Source: Clostridia bacterium
GTDB lineage: Bacteria; Bacillota; Clostridia; JAAYHZ01
Length of the DNA stretch: 64,000 bases
NCBI GenBank assembly: GCA_050950825.1
Contig: JBMNIH010000002.1
Coordinates: 128,001-192,000 of the forward strand
Direction of reading: 5' to 3'
The notes beneath the pieces are model-generated. The model was not told the origin of the DNA and did no database searches. It was given only the letters and a program-made list of their open reading frames with translations. Shown one piece after another: positions 1-10,489 of the stretch. Made by a program: the position numbers and the translations under genes. Every line of letters begins with the position of its first letter. Position 1 is the stretch's first letter.

Positions 1-745
1 CGTCCTGTAAAAAAGTCGGAATGCTCTCAAGGGTCTCTATAAGCCCTTCCATTTCCATAAGTACGTATTCCAAATTGTCTTTAATATGGCCAATGAGGAT
101 TTTCCCCCAAAAGGTCCGAGAAAACTCGAAGGATTCATTGACACGGTATTCTTCCACGGCTTTCTCCAATGTTTTTACCGTATCGGGACAGCTTCGGGTA
201 AATTCATACAAGGTTTCCACCAGCGCCTTTAAGCGTCTGTCATCCTTCCCGTACCCGAAGGTATCCACAAGCAGCGTAAATCCCGGTAAAATATCCTCGG
301 TATACAAGTCCTCGAACAGCCGGTCCAGTGTTTCATAAAAAATCATGGAGCTTTCGGAGGCGTCCGCCAAACGAAAATCCGAATCCGGATTCAAGAAATG
401 AAAATTTTCATGAATCACTTTGTTGCAAAAGGAATGGATCGTCATAATATTGGCTTTTTCCATTAAGGCGAATTGGCGCTGAAGACCTTCGTTTTCCGGA
501 TCCTTTTCCAACATTTCATACAAGCGGTTCTTTACCCGCTCTTTCATTTCCGATGCCGCCGCATTGGTAAAGGTAACGGTAAGCAGACGATTGATGTCTG
601 TCGGATTTTTTTGATCGGTGATTTTTCTCAATATTCTTTCTACCAAAACCGCCGTTTTGCCGGCACCGGCTGCTGCAGAAACCAAAATATTGGCCCCTCG
701 GGTTTCAATGGCCTTTATTTGTTCATGAGTCCACTTTGTCGCCAT
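1..745 (-). CDS. addA: ATP-dependent helicase/nuclease subunit A, N-terminal part (runs off window start)
   Basis: Not in ORF track; manual translation from ATG at 745 gives MATKWTHEQIKAIETRGANILVSAAAGAGKTAVLVERI...TVTFTNAAASEMKER...IMTIHSFC (UvrD-like motifs); SD AAGGAG upstream; overlaps addB end. Confidence 0.93.
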   Translation of the reverse strand, partial: MATKWTHEQIKAIETRGANILVSAAAGAGKTAVLVERILRKITDQKNPTDINRLLTVTFTNAAASEMKERVKNRLYEMLEKDPENEGLQRQFALMEKANIMTIHSFCNKVIHENFHFLNPDSDFRLADASESSMIFYETLDRLFEDLYTEDILPGFTLLVDTFGYGKDDRRLKALVETLYEFTRSCPDTVKTLEKAVEEYRVNESFEFSRTFWGKILIGHIKDNLEYVLMEMEGLIETLESIPTFLQD

Positions 746-3700
746 CGTTACGCTCCTTGTTCAGTTTTTCCGAAATCCGCCGGAGAATTTCATTTTTCTC
801 CAGCTTGGGAAGGAAATTGTATCGACATCCTCGAAGGTCGGGGTCAAACCCGCACAGCCCCTTGTAAAGGCAATATTGGCAGCCCTTGTAATCTCCCTTT
901 AATACGGGATAGCGTCGAATGTCGCCTTTTCCGATATCGTTGACAATGTTTTTCAATAAGTATTCGGTATACTCTTCCATGATTTTAAATTCTTCCAAGG
1001 AAGCGGTGTCGGAATTTTTTGAAAAACTTCCGTCCTTGTTTCGTTTCACGTTGATAATAATAGATCGGTCCGAAAAGCTTCTATCCATGGCTTTGATTAC
1101 CGGCTCCTGATCCAACACAAGTCCTTTTAACATTAATTGCTTTGCCACAAGCTGCTCGATTTCCGAAGGATCCGCACCGTATCGGGTTTTTACGACGGGG
1201 TCATCGATGTTGTAATACAGTATTCCTGCAGGGATTACTTGACGAATGCCGAAAACAAGCTTAAAGTAATCTTGGTTTTCCAAAAGAGCTTTTAAATATA
1301 CCGGCAGCTGCATTTGCAGTCCGTAATAGAAATCCTCTAAGGAGAAGTCTTTGGTCCCCGTTTTATAGTCAATGATGCGGATATAGGCGGTGTCGTCCTG
1401 TTTATACATATCCAGTCGGTCGATCTTTCCGGATAAAATCCCCTTGCTATGCTCTCCGATAATTTCAACCGGTTTCAATCCTCTTTTGCCTCCGAAGGTC
1501 ATTTCTTGACGGACGGGACGAAAATCTCCTCCGGTAATATGCCCTAAAAGAGTCTTCGCCGTTAAGCTCAACGTATTGCCGTATCGATCCAGTAAATACT
1601 CGTTTCTTTTAGAGGATAAAACGTTCTTTCCCCAAACAATGGCCGCGGCACGTTTCATTTCTTCCGCAATACACCGGTTCAAATAATCATCCGATATATC
1701 GCGATAATCCGGCCGAATTTCTTGGATATGTCGGAAAAACATCTCCAAAACCGTATGGGCAACGGACCCGATACCCAAAGGCGTGATTTTTGAAACCTCT
1801 CGTTCCTTCGCCCTTATGCCGTACTCTAAAAAGAAAGAGAAAGGACAGGTTACGTAAGATTCAAAAGCCGAAACGCTGCCGATCAGCGGACGGCCGAAAA
1901 GCTCTTCCGCCAGACGAGCATCCATCGACTTATCGATATATGTCATGTTATAGGCTTTGTAAAGAAGGCGAACCCGTTCCGCCCAATCCTCCTTTTCTTC
2001 AAACCATTTCCTTACGGCATACCAGCCGGGCTCCTTATGCAAGCGCTCCTTGTCCGCCATTGCCCTTATCCATTCTTTAAAGGTGGATTCCGGCGTACCG
2101 ATGCATTCCTCGAAGGACTTGTCTTTTTTGCTGACATTGCCTTCCATGGAAAGGGCGGAAAAAAGTCTTTTGATAACGGTGAAAACATAAGCCGGCCTAA
2201 GGTTTGCCCCCTTCATGTCCATGGAGGAGCAGCTGATAAAAAGCTTTTCCGAAGGAAGGCACAAGGTTTTATATAAAATGTATTTCGTCTCAAAGGTTCG
2301 GCTCAAGGTGTCCGGTGCCAACTCGATTCGGTGTTTTTCCAATAGACTCCTGTCGCCGTCCGATAAAATACCCTCGTCAAGGTTGATTCCCGGAAACTTT
2401 CCTTCGTTGGCTCCCAATATGAATACGGCTTTTACCTTACGGTTCATGGACCGCTGCACGTTTCCTACGTTCACTTGCTCCAAAGCCGGAGGCACGCTGC
2501 CGGATTCGTAGCCGGTTATACCGGATTCGATGAAATCTCTGTACCGAAGTACGGTATATTTTCGGTCTTTTAAGACATCCGTCGCCGTATCCAATAAATT
2601 CATGAAAGCGTTGTAGGCGGAAATGAAACGATTGGCATTCTCAAGGTTTCCTTCCTCCTTGAACTTTGCCGTCATTTTTTTATAATTTCTTAATACGCCG
2701 TATTGATCCAAAAATCCGTAAAGCCTAAAAAAGAAGGTTTTCGGATCGGACCTTGTCGGAAGTCCGTTGAAAAATGCTCTTATCTCCTCGATTACCGCAT
2801 TTTTAATAATATTGATGTCGTCCTCGTTAAACAGGACGACGGAATTTCCTTGTTCCTTTATGAAATTCCATTCGATTTCTTCATTCCACCAAGAGCCTTG
2901 GATCCCGAATTTCAGTACGTAGTTTTCCAACATATCGATCTCTTCCATAGAGACATCCGTAAGTCCCGTTTTCAACAAAGAGAAAATATCTTCGGAACGA
3001 TATCGATAGATATGGATGGAAAAGAGCGTACGGACGAATACAATCAATGGATTGTCGTCAATGGGTTTTTTCATATCGATAAAATACGGGATACGGTATT
3101 GGGTAAAAATCGAGCGAATATAGCTTTCGTAGTTTTCCATATCGGAACAAACAACGGAAATATCGCCGTATTTGTACCCCGAATCTCGTACCAGCCTCGT
3201 GATTAGAGATGCCGTTTCCCGAATTTCTTCGTAGATGTTTTCATAGATGTTTAGCCTGATATTTCGGACCGGTTCCTCGTACACTTTGGATGCGGCCGAG
3301 AAAAGGTTTTGTTCCAAATGAACAAGCTCTTTCGAGGCAAATCCTCGGGAAGAATCGGCTAATTTTAACGGTTTTTCAAAAGGCAAATTTTTCTCTTTTG
3401 CCAAAACCATAATCTTCTCGCAGGTGCGTATTACGGGGTAAAACAGCTCTCCAATAATAACTCTCTCGTCGGAGATTCGGTCGGTACAAGCGGTGATATT
3501 CACTCTTTGCGCATTCTCCATCAACCGATGTATCACTTCGTATTCGCAAGGAGTAAAGCCGTCAAATCCGTCGATCCATATTTCGTAATCGGTAAACAAG
3601 CGATCCTCCCGAATGGTTTGTGCCAACCAATACAAAGAATCGTCCGGATCCGTCAGATCCTCTATGGCCTTTTGGTACGCCCCGTATAAAAGAGCAAGAT

Positions 3701-4172
3701 CATGAACTTTACCGTAGATGCTCGTGTTTTTATCCATTGAATTCAAGCATTCCTTAAGCTTTTCCTCTCGGACACCGTACCGCTTGAATTCGCTGATTAA
3801 GCTTGACAACCGGTTTATAAACGATACGGGGTCCTCCAAGCCTCCGTAAAGCATAAGCCGGTCTTTTTCTTGAAACAGAATATCGGTGAGTATCAAATTT
3901 TTGCCGGCCTTATTCACCTGCTTTTCATTGACGATGCCGTACTTGTTTTTCACCCAAAAGGAAAGCCTTTTAAAGCTGCACACCAAAACATCCGCCGCTA
4001 TTTTTTCGCCGCCGATAGACAAAAGCTCCATTTCGCTTTGAAAGGAGAACTGCTCCGGTACAATCAACATGTAATTTACGTCGGGATTGCGAAGCCTTCT
4101 TTCGCATATTTGGTTCAAGCAGGCTCGGCTTTTCCCGCTTCCGGCTCTACCGTATATAAATCGTATGCTCAC
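723..4172 (-). CDS. addB: ATP-dependent helicase/nuclease subunit B
   Basis: GRAGSGKS, LIVPEQFSFQ, C-terminal GKIDRLD/IIDYKTG nuclease motif and Fe-S cysteines; adjacent to addA. Confidence 0.95.
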   Translation of the reverse strand: MSIRFIYGRAGSGKSRACLNQICERRLRNPDVNYMLIVPEQFSFQSEMELLSIGGEKIAADVLVCSFKRLSFWVKNKYGIVNEKQVNKAGKNLILTDILFQEKDRLMLYGGLEDPVSFINRLSSLISEFKRYGVREEKLKECLNSMDKNTSIYGKVHDLALLYGAYQKAIEDLTDPDDSLYWLAQTIREDRLFTDYEIWIDGFDGFTPCEYEVIHRLMENAQRVNITACTDRISDERVIIGELFYPVIRTCEKIMVLAKEKNLPFEKPLKLADSSRGFASKELVHLEQNLFSAASKVYEEPVRNIRLNIYENIYEEIRETASLITRLVRDSGYKYGDISVVCSDMENYESYIRSIFTQYRIPYFIDMKKPIDDNPLIVFVRTLFSIHIYRYRSEDIFSLLKTGLTDVSMEEIDMLENYVLKFGIQGSWWNEEIEWNFIKEQGNSVVLFNEDDINIIKNAVIEEIRAFFNGLPTRSDPKTFFFRLYGFLDQYGVLRNYKKMTAKFKEEGNLENANRFISAYNAFMNLLDTATDVLKDRKYTVLRYRDFIESGITGYESGSVPPALEQVNVGNVQRSMNRKVKAVFILGANEGKFPGINLDEGILSDGDRSLLEKHRIELAPDTLSRTFETKYILYKTLCLPSEKLFISCSSMDMKGANLRPAYVFTVIKRLFSALSMEGNVSKKDKSFEECIGTPESTFKEWIRAMADKERLHKEPGWYAVRKWFEEKEDWAERVRLLYKAYNMTYIDKSMDARLAEELFGRPLIGSVSAFESYVTCPFSFFLEYGIRAKEREVSKITPLGIGSVAHTVLEMFFRHIQEIRPDYRDISDDYLNRCIAEEMKRAAAIVWGKNVLSSKRNEYLLDRYGNTLSLTAKTLLGHITGGDFRPVRQEMTFGGKRGLKPVEIIGEHSKGILSGKIDRLDMYKQDDTAYIRIIDYKTGTKDFSLEDFYYGLQMQLPVYLKALLENQDYFKLVFGIRQVIPAGILYYNIDDPVVKTRYGADPSEIEQLVAKQLMLKGLVLDQEPVIKAMDRSFSDRSIIINVKRNKDGSFSKNSDTASLEEFKIMEEYTEYLLKNIVNDIGKGDIRRYPVLKGDYKGCQYCLYKGLCGFDPDLRGCRYNFLPKLEKNEILRRISEKLNKERNDGDKVDS

Positions 4173-4302
4173 TGTAAACTCCTAACCTCTAATAATGATG
4201 GATTCGCTACTATTATAGCATATGGTTATTGTCTCATACCGCCTTTTCATATACAATAAAGTACGGTACCGAAAGAAAGCAAAAAAAGAACGGAGCTTAT
4301 TT

Positions 4303-4836
4303 ATGAACGGATTAGGAAATGAAAGAGAATTGGTTCAAGACAAATTGGTTTTACTTTATATTCTGAAAAAATTAGATATGCCGATTACCAACCGTCAGCT
4401 GACCCAGCTGGTTCTTTCCCATCGCCTTATGAATTACTTTATCATGCAGCAAATGCTGTTGGAATTGATCGACAGCGGCTACGTAGACGCCCAAATCGAT
4501 GAAAACAAAGAACAAATAAAAATATCGCAGCAGGGTATCGATGTGCTTCAATACTTTATCGGTATGATACCCCCTTACCTTAAATTGAAAGTAGATACCA
4601 AAGTGTTACCGGATAACTCCATCGATAAGTTAACAAAGTATGCCACCGGGGAATACTATCCCGTAGGCCTTAAAAACTTTAACGTTCTTTTGAACATCAA
4701 CCGGTCGGAAGAACATAACATGAAGATTACGTTAACGGTGGATGATTTGGACCTGGCCAAGAAAATTACGAAAAATTGGAACGAAAAATCCGATCTTTTG
4801 GCCGATCGGATTCTCGATATATTAAAAGATTCATAA
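4303..4836 (+). CDS. DUF4364 family protein
   Basis: DKLVLLYILKKLDMPITNRQLT...MNYFIMQQMLLEL pattern, NWNEK near C-terminus; start moved to ATG 4303 behind GGAG. Confidence 0.75.
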   Translation: MNGLGNERELVQDKLVLLYILKKLDMPITNRQLTQLVLSHRLMNYFIMQQMLLELIDSGYVDAQIDENKEQIKISQQGIDVLQYFIGMIPPYLKLKVDTKVLPDNSIDKLTKYATGEYYPVGLKNFNVLLNINRSEEHNMKITLTVDDLDLAKKITKNWNEKSDLLADRILDILKDS

Positions 4837-4839
4837 ATC

Positions 4840-5127
4840 TCAGAGCATAATAATCGGTTCTTCCTCGTTTCTCTTGTACAAAACGAATTTTCTGCCGATG
4901 ACTTGCACTACCTCCGCCCCGGTTTGTCTTGCGATTTCATCGCTGATTTGCTTGGTGCTTTCCGGTACGTTTCTTAAGACGGATATTTTAACAAGTTCCT
5001 TATCAAATAATTCCCTGCGAGCTTCGTTGATCACGTTCTCGTTGATGCCGCCTTTCCCTATTTGTATCGTCGGGTCCAAACGGTTGCCCATCTTTCTCAG
5101 CATGGCTCTTTGTTTGCCGTTGATCAT
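4840..5127 (-). CDS. yhbY: Ribosome assembly RNA-binding protein YhbY (CRM domain)
   Basis: KQRAMLR, IQIGKGG, ELVKISVL, VQVIGRKFVLY; follows obgE. Confidence 0.92.
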   Translation of the reverse strand: MINGKQRAMLRKMGNRLDPTIQIGKGGINENVINEARRELFDKELVKISVLRNVPESTKQISDEIARQTGAEVVQVIGRKFVLYKRNEEEPIIML

Positions 5128-5131
5128 TCAT

Positions 5132-6406
5132 TCACCTCCTGTATTCAAATTCAAAATCAATAAAGCGGACCGTATCTCCTTCTTGTATTCCTAAATCCTC
5201 CAATTCGTCGATAATACCGATTCTTCGTATGATTTTTTGGAAATAGCCCATGGATTCAAAATCGCCAAAGTTCGTGGAATTTAAGATTCTCTCTGCACGC
5301 TTTCCTTCCACGACAAATACGTCTCCTTCTTTTCTTACGGTATATCCTTTGTCCTCCTCGACGGTAAACAGAATTTCCTCCTCCGTTTGGTCGTACAAAA
5401 CAGGCTTCGGAATATCCTTCAAAAGCTCGGCCGCATAATGCATCAGCTCTTTTAAGCCCTTGCCTGTTGCGGCGGATACGGGAAATACCTTATGACCTGT
5501 GGATTCTAACTCTTTTACGAAGTGATCGATCAGCTCCGCATCGTCCAATACGTCGCATTTGTTGGCCGCGATGATTTGCGGTTTTTCGGACAAAATCTTG
5601 CTGTATCTCGACAGTTCTTCGTTAATATGATGGAATGCATCCAAGGGTTCTTCTTTACCGTATCCGGATACGTCCACAACATGAATGATCAAGCGGGTTC
5701 TTTCAATGTGTCTTAAAAATTGATGACCTAAACCCGCACCTTGATGGGCACCCTCAATCAATCCCGGTATGTCCGCCAGTACAAACCTCGTATCGTCTCC
5801 TAAGGATACGATACCTAAATTCGGGGACAAGGTGGTAAATTCATAATCCGCAATTTTCGGTTGAGCGTTGGTCACTTTGGACAAAATGGTGGATTTCCCT
5901 ACATTGGGATACCCCACCAAGCCTACGTCCGCCAAAAGCTTTAGCTCCAACCGAACCCACATGGAATCTCCCTTTACACCGCTTTGTGCAAAATTGGGTA
6001 TTTGTCTTGTAGGGGTTGCAAAATGACGATTTCCTTTTCCTCCCCTTCCGCCTCTTAATACCGTGACTTCTTGTCCGTTAACATTCAGGTCGGCAATAAC
6101 TCTGTCCGTTTCGGCATCTTTGATAACGGTACCTACGGGAACCTCGATAATGATGGAATTCCCGCTTTTACCGCTGCAGTTGGCTCCTTGTCCGTTATGG
6201 CCGTTTTCGGCTGCGTATTTTCTTTTATATTTAAAATTCAAAAGCGTATTCATCGCGTCGGTCGCTTTAAATATAACATCGCCGCCGCGTCCGCCGTCGC
6301 CGCCGTCCGGTCCACCGTTGGGTATAAATTTCTCCCTTCGGAAGGATACCGCACCGTTTCCGCCGTCGCCGGATTTTATGAATATTCTTGCACTGTCGAT
6401 AAACAT
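5132..6406 (-). CDS. obgE: GTPase ObgE/CgtA
   Basis: MFIDSARI..SGDGGNG, GYPNVGKST, DIPGLIEGA, NKCD; start at MFID (6406). Confidence 0.97.
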   Translation of the reverse strand: MFIDSARIFIKSGDGGNGAVSFRREKFIPNGGPDGGDGGRGGDVIFKATDAMNTLLNFKYKRKYAAENGHNGQGANCSGKSGNSIIIEVPVGTVIKDAETDRVIADLNVNGQEVTVLRGGRGGKGNRHFATPTRQIPNFAQSGVKGDSMWVRLELKLLADVGLVGYPNVGKSTILSKVTNAQPKIADYEFTTLSPNLGIVSLGDDTRFVLADIPGLIEGAHQGAGLGHQFLRHIERTRLIIHVVDVSGYGKEEPLDAFHHINEELSRYSKILSEKPQIIAANKCDVLDDAELIDHFVKELESTGHKVFPVSAATGKGLKELMHYAAELLKDIPKPVLYDQTEEEILFTVEEDKGYTVRKEGDVFVVEGKRAERILNSTNFGDFESMGYFQKIIRRIGIIDELEDLGIQEGDTVRFIDFEFEYRR

Positions 6407-6425
6407 ATTCTTCCTCTTATCTGTC

Positions 6426-6451
6426 AAAAAACCCCTTGTCTCCAAGGGGTT
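6426..6451 (-). terminator. Intrinsic terminator after rpmA
   Basis: Stem AACCCCTTG/CAAGGGGTT followed by T run on minus strand. Confidence 0.7.
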
Positions 6452-6456
6452 AAGAT

Positions 6457-6714
6457 TTATTGTTCTACGATTACGCTGACTTGCTTTCTGTCTTTACCAA
6501 GTCTCGAGAATTTTACGATGCCGTCCGCTACTGCGTACAAGGTATCGTCTTTTCCTTTTTTAACGTTCAAACCCGGATGAATTTTGGTCCCTCTCTGTCT
6601 TACCAAAATATTACCGGCTAAAACGAATTGACCGTCTGCACGTTTAACGCCGAGTCGTTTCGATTCGCTGTCTCTACCGTTTCGAGAGCTTCCTACGCCT
6701 TTTTTATGTGCCAT
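6457..6714 (-). CDS. rpmA: 50S ribosomal protein L27
   Basis: [32 protein letters not shown]; SD AGGAGGTG 8 nt upstream of ATG. Confidence 0.98.
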   Translation of the reverse strand: MAHKKGVGSSRNGRDSESKRLGVKRADGQFVLAGNILVRQRGTKIHPGLNVKKGKDDTLYAVADGIVKFSRLGKDRKQVSVIVEQ

Positions 6715-6753
6715 TAAGAGAACACCTCCTTATGTCGGATTCATCATTTCAAA

Positions 6754-7074
6754 TTATTCGTTAGCAGGGAATATCAATTGATCAATGCGTACTTTCGTAT
6801 GCGGTTGTCTGTGTCCTTGCTTTTTCGCATAATTCTTTTTCGATTTGTACTTGAAAACAATAATTTTCTTGTCTTTTCCTTGACCTAAAACGGTTGCTTT
6901 CACGGATGCGCCTTGGATATACGGAGTTCCCCATATGATGTTGGTATCGTCCGATAAAGCCAAAACCTTATCGAATGCATACTCTCCTTCATCTACGCCG
7001 AGCTTTTCTACGAAAATGACGTCATCCTGCTGTACCTTATATTGTTTTCCGCCTGTTTCAATTATTGCAAACAC
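6754..7074 (-). CDS. rplU: 50S ribosomal protein L21
   Basis: FAIIETGGKQYKV...GHRQPHT; GTG start with GGAGGTG SD. Confidence 0.98.
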   Translation of the reverse strand: MFAIIETGGKQYKVQQDDVIFVEKLGVDEGEYAFDKVLALSDDTNIIWGTPYIQGASVKATVLGQGKDKKIIVFKYKSKKNYAKKQGHRQPHTKVRIDQLIFPANE

Positions 7075-7087
7075 TTACGTTGCACCT

Positions 7088-7160
7088 CCTCTGTCCTGTC
7101 TCGCCTAGTCGGGCAGCATTTTTACATGCTTTTAAAGCCTTTTTAGAGCGGCTACCGAAA
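7088..7160 (-). ncRNA. L21 leader (ribosomal protein leader RNA)
   Basis: 5' UTR of rplU carrying GCCGCTC...AGGC...GGCGAGA elements resembling the Firmicutes L21 leader; TTGACT -35 upstream. Confidence 0.6.
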
Positions 7161-7392
7161 CATATTAACATAAATGACGATTAAAAGTCAAATAATTTCA
7201 TCGATTTTCTTAAAAATTGTCGGTCGGAAAACCGTTCTTTTATCGAATTTTTCTTCTTTTCCGTATTCTATCATGCACCGTATTTTTAACTTTATTCTAC
7301 GGTCCTTCATGGAATTGCAAGCCGTATGTGCATTGAAAAATCCTTCTCGTTTTCAAAGAAGGATTCAAAATAAACCGGTTCCGCGATCTTGC

Positions 7393-8169
7393 TTACTTGC
7401 TTTCTTCACGAGCTCTTTTTTTCGATAGGATAAAAATCATACCCGTAATACCCGTTATTATCGAAAATATACTAATCCATTGGGACGTAGAAAAAATCCA
7501 CAAAAAACCTCTTTCCGCATCGTATCGCAGGGTTTCCATATAGAATCTTCCGATACCGTAAAGGAGAAGGTATGTCCATAAAACGAGTCCTTTTCCTTCT
7601 TTAGATCGGCGTTTGAGTATCAAAAGAACGATAAACACAAACACATTATATACCGCTTCATAAATTTGTACGGGATGAAGAGGTATACCGGCAGGAGCGG
7701 ACAAGCTTTCCTTCGGATAAATTACCGCAAAAATACCGTCGTAAGGTTTTCCGTAGCAGCACCCGGCGGCAAAACAACCCAAACGTCCGAATATGTGGCC
7801 TACCGGAAGACCTAATGTAATACTGTCGGCCATTTTGAAAAAGTCCACTTTGTATTGTCGCGTATAAAGGTACCCTCCGACAATCCCTCCGATTAATCCT
7901 CCGTAAAACACCATTCCCGAGGAAAGGGTGTATTTGAGTATGGAGGGATCTTCTACGATTTTTCGAAGGATGGTAATGATATACAGGATCTTTCCTCCCG
8001 CCAACCCGCCGATCATCGCATAAAGAGAACAATAAAAAATGTCCGATCTTATGGGCTTATCCTTCGGATCGCCGTAGACGGCGACCAATATTCCGAAGAA
8101 TATGCCCAACAGACCGGTCAGCGTATATGTATATATACTTACGGGTCCGATATGAATAATAGGATGCAT
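7393..8169 (-). CDS. lgt: Prolipoprotein diacylglyceryl transferase
   Basis: GMVFYGGLIGG, GRLGCFAAGCCYG, HPVQIYE, RFYMETLR, SQWIS. Confidence 0.9.
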   Translation of the reverse strand: MHPIIHIGPVSIYTYTLTGLLGIFFGILVAVYGDPKDKPIRSDIFYCSLYAMIGGLAGGKILYIITILRKIVEDPSILKYTLSSGMVFYGGLIGGIVGGYLYTRQYKVDFFKMADSITLGLPVGHIFGRLGCFAAGCCYGKPYDGIFAVIYPKESLSAPAGIPLHPVQIYEAVYNVFVFIVLLILKRRSKEGKGLVLWTYLLLYGIGRFYMETLRYDAERGFLWIFSTSQWISIFSIITGITGMIFILSKKRAREESK

Positions 8170-8181
8170 AATTTTTTTACT

Positions 8182-8514
8182 TTACATTGCTTGAGAGCAT
8201 GCGGCGATACCTATTGTTCCTACAATACAAGCCGCACACAAAAAGCCGATTCCTGCAATTGCCGTACCGATAATGGAGCAGATAAGGCCGGCCATGGACA
8301 TGTTCTTGACTTCCTTTAACCCGGGATCCGTTTCCACGTTATCACCAATGGCTTGCAGTTCTTTGCGTATGTTAACGCTTAATATGATCCCGACAATACC
8401 GATAATCAATCCGGCTAAAGCGAAAACTCCGGTGAAAACACTGATTACCGCCAATACGCCACACACAAGAGAGGCTATCGCTTTGTTTTTTAAATCCATT
8501 TTTATATCCTCCAT
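8182..8514 (-). CDS. Small membrane protein (DUF4190-like)
   Basis: AIASLVCGV...GIVGIILS...AGLICSIIG hydrophobic pattern. Confidence 0.6.
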   Translation of the reverse strand: MEDIKMDLKNKAIASLVCGVLAVISVFTGVFALAGLIIGIVGIILSVNIRKELQAIGDNVETDPGLKEVKNMSMAGLICSIIGTAIAGIGFLCAACIVGTIGIAACSQAM

Positions 8515-8556
8515 TTAAATAATAAGGTTCATATTAAGGTACAAGGTTATGTAATG

Positions 8557-8898
8557 GCGAGTAAGTCTGTAAGCCGGGTTCTGTCTTGAACAATCATCTA
8601 TCTCCGCATTGCATTACTGCAATGCTTTAGCCACCTTTAGGACGGACGGGCAATCCTATATGTCCTTTATGCGGTGTTGCACCGGGCGGGGTTTACAGAG
8701 CGCAAATCCGTCGCCGGATTGCCGGTGAGCTCTTACCTCACCTTTCCACCCTTGCCTGCCAAGCAGGCGGTTTATTTCTGTTGCACTTTCCTTGAAGTCG
8801 CCTTCACCGGGTATTACCCGGCGCCTTGCCCTACGGTGCCCGGACTTTCCTCGGATACAACCTTTCGGTTTGTATACGCGATTGTTCGGCTTACTCGC
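8557..8898 (-). ncRNA. rnpB: RNase P RNA, bacterial class A
   Basis: Minus strand has GAGGAAAGTCCGGGC, AGTGCAACAGAAA and ACAGAACCCGGCTTA; terminal helix GCGAGTAAG/CTTACTCGC. Confidence 0.95.
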
Positions 8899-8982
8899 AG
8901 CTTTACATAAATTATAACATACCTTTTTGATATTTCAATGGGAAAAGAAGGTTTTTTGACAACGAACTCCCTTGCAATATCA

Positions 8983-9786
8983 TTACCTTGACTTTAGTAC
9001 GGGTGTTTCTTTTTCCGAAGGAATAAATTCCGTGTCGGGAACTTTTGCTTTTAAACGTTTGGCTAAAGCTTCTTTATAAATCACTTCACTTTCGTAATGC
9101 CCTACCAAAACCGTATCCAGCCCGTAAGCAAAGGCATCCAAAACATCGTGGTACTTCATCTCCCCGCTCACGTATATATCCGGCCGTTGTGCCAAAAGGG
9201 GAGCAAAATTCCCGTCAAAGGAGCCGGAGCAAAGGGCCACCTTCTTAATGATTTTATCGTTGCTTCCTGTATACCGAAGGGTAGATACCTTAAAAGATTT
9301 CTTTATAATGTCTAAAAAGTCGAACAAGGAAATTTCCTTTTCCAAAACGCCGATTCTTCCTACAACGGTCGGTTTGGCTTCGGATTCTTCGCATAAGGGT
9401 CTTACATTCTTTAATCCCATAAGCTCCGCCATAAGATCACAGGTTCCGTCTTTCGATACATCCATATTGGTATGAGCGGCATAAATGCACAAACCGTTTC
9501 GTATGGCCTTATAGACCGTATCCTGAACCGGAGTTTCCCCCGATATTCTGGAAAGAGGCTTAAAGATCAGGGGGTGATGAGACAGAATCATTTGGCAGCC
9601 CTTTTCAATGGCTTCATCCGCCGTTTTACTCGTTACATCAAGACAAAGCAGTACTTTTTGAACCGGCTGGCTGCGATACCCTATAAGCAAACCGACATTG
9701 TCCCGTTCCATGGCTTTATGAAGCGGAAACATTTCCTCCAAAACATCGCATATGCTACCGCAAAGGGCCATAATCCTCTTTTCCAT
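8983..9786 (-). CDS. Nif3-like dinuclear metal centre protein
   Basis: DNVGLLIG, SHHPLIF, AHTNMD, GHYESE. Confidence 0.92.
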   Translation of the reverse strand: MEKRIMALCGSICDVLEEMFPLHKAMERDNVGLLIGYRSQPVQKVLLCLDVTSKTADEAIEKGCQMILSHHPLIFKPLSRISGETPVQDTVYKAIRNGLCIYAAHTNMDVSKDGTCDLMAELMGLKNVRPLCEESEAKPTVVGRIGVLEKEISLFDFLDIIKKSFKVSTLRYTGSNDKIIKKVALCSGSFDGNFAPLLAQRPDIYVSGEMKYHDVLDAFAYGLDTVLVGHYESEVIYKEALAKRLKAKVPDTEFIPSEKETPVLKSR

Positions 9787-10489
9787 CCTTTCTTTCGTTC
9801 TTTATATCCTTCAGCTTATTAATAATTTCTTTTAACTCGTCCGTTCTCTCCGAATCCGGGTCTTTCGCCCTCTTCATGCCGGACCGGATGCGGGTCAGCA
9901 ACCCGATTCTTCGTTCCAAATATTTAAGCACAAGATCCGTTTTTTGCTCTAAAAGAGAGGGGCTTGCATGGTAAAATGCCGGATGAACTTTTTTAGGCAG
10001 TCCCCCGGGGATAATACTCATGGCGGTATACAATTTGTTTCTGTCGCAGCAAATCCTTTCTTCCGATATATCCAATCCGTTTTTGTAACAGTATTCGCGA
10101 ACCATTTCATCGGCATACATACACTGTATGATCAACCGATTGCATATATCGACTTTTCTTTTGTTCTTTTCCAGCATTTCCGTGATCGTTAATCCGCCCA
10201 TGCCGCATATTAATACGGTATCCACTTCATGGTCCTGAATACAATCCAAACCGTCTCCCAATCTGAGCTCGATCATATGAGAAAGGCCGTGCTCTTCGAT
10301 ATTGTTTTTTGCGATTCGCAAAGGGCCTTCCCGAATATCCGTTGCAATGATTTTTTTACACAAATCCATTTGTGCCGCATAAAGGGGTATATAGGCATGG
10401 TCGGTTCCGATATCACACAATACCTCACATACCGGAATCATTTGCGCTATCATGAAAAGTCGCGCTTCCAAATCGATTGCTTTTGTCAT
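9755..10489 (-). CDS. trmK: tRNA (adenine22-N1)-methyltransferase
   Basis: DIGTDHAYIP, RLGDGL, ICGMGG; usual position before nif3. Confidence 0.9.
   Translation of the reverse strand: MTKAIDLEARLFMIAQMIPVCEVLCDIGTDHAYIPLYAAQMDLCKKIIATDIREGPLRIAKNNIEEHGLSHMIELRLGDGLDCIQDHEVDTVLICGMGGLTITEMLEKNKRKVDICNRLIIQCMYADEMVREYCYKNGLDISEERICCDRNKLYTAMSIIPGGLPKKVHPAFYHASPSLLEQKTDLVLKYLERRIGLLTRIRSGMKRAKDPDSERTDELKEIINKLKDIKNERKDGKEDYGPLR

Noticed and set aside
8674-8910. 78-aa plus-strand ORF
   Set aside because: Antisense to RNase P RNA
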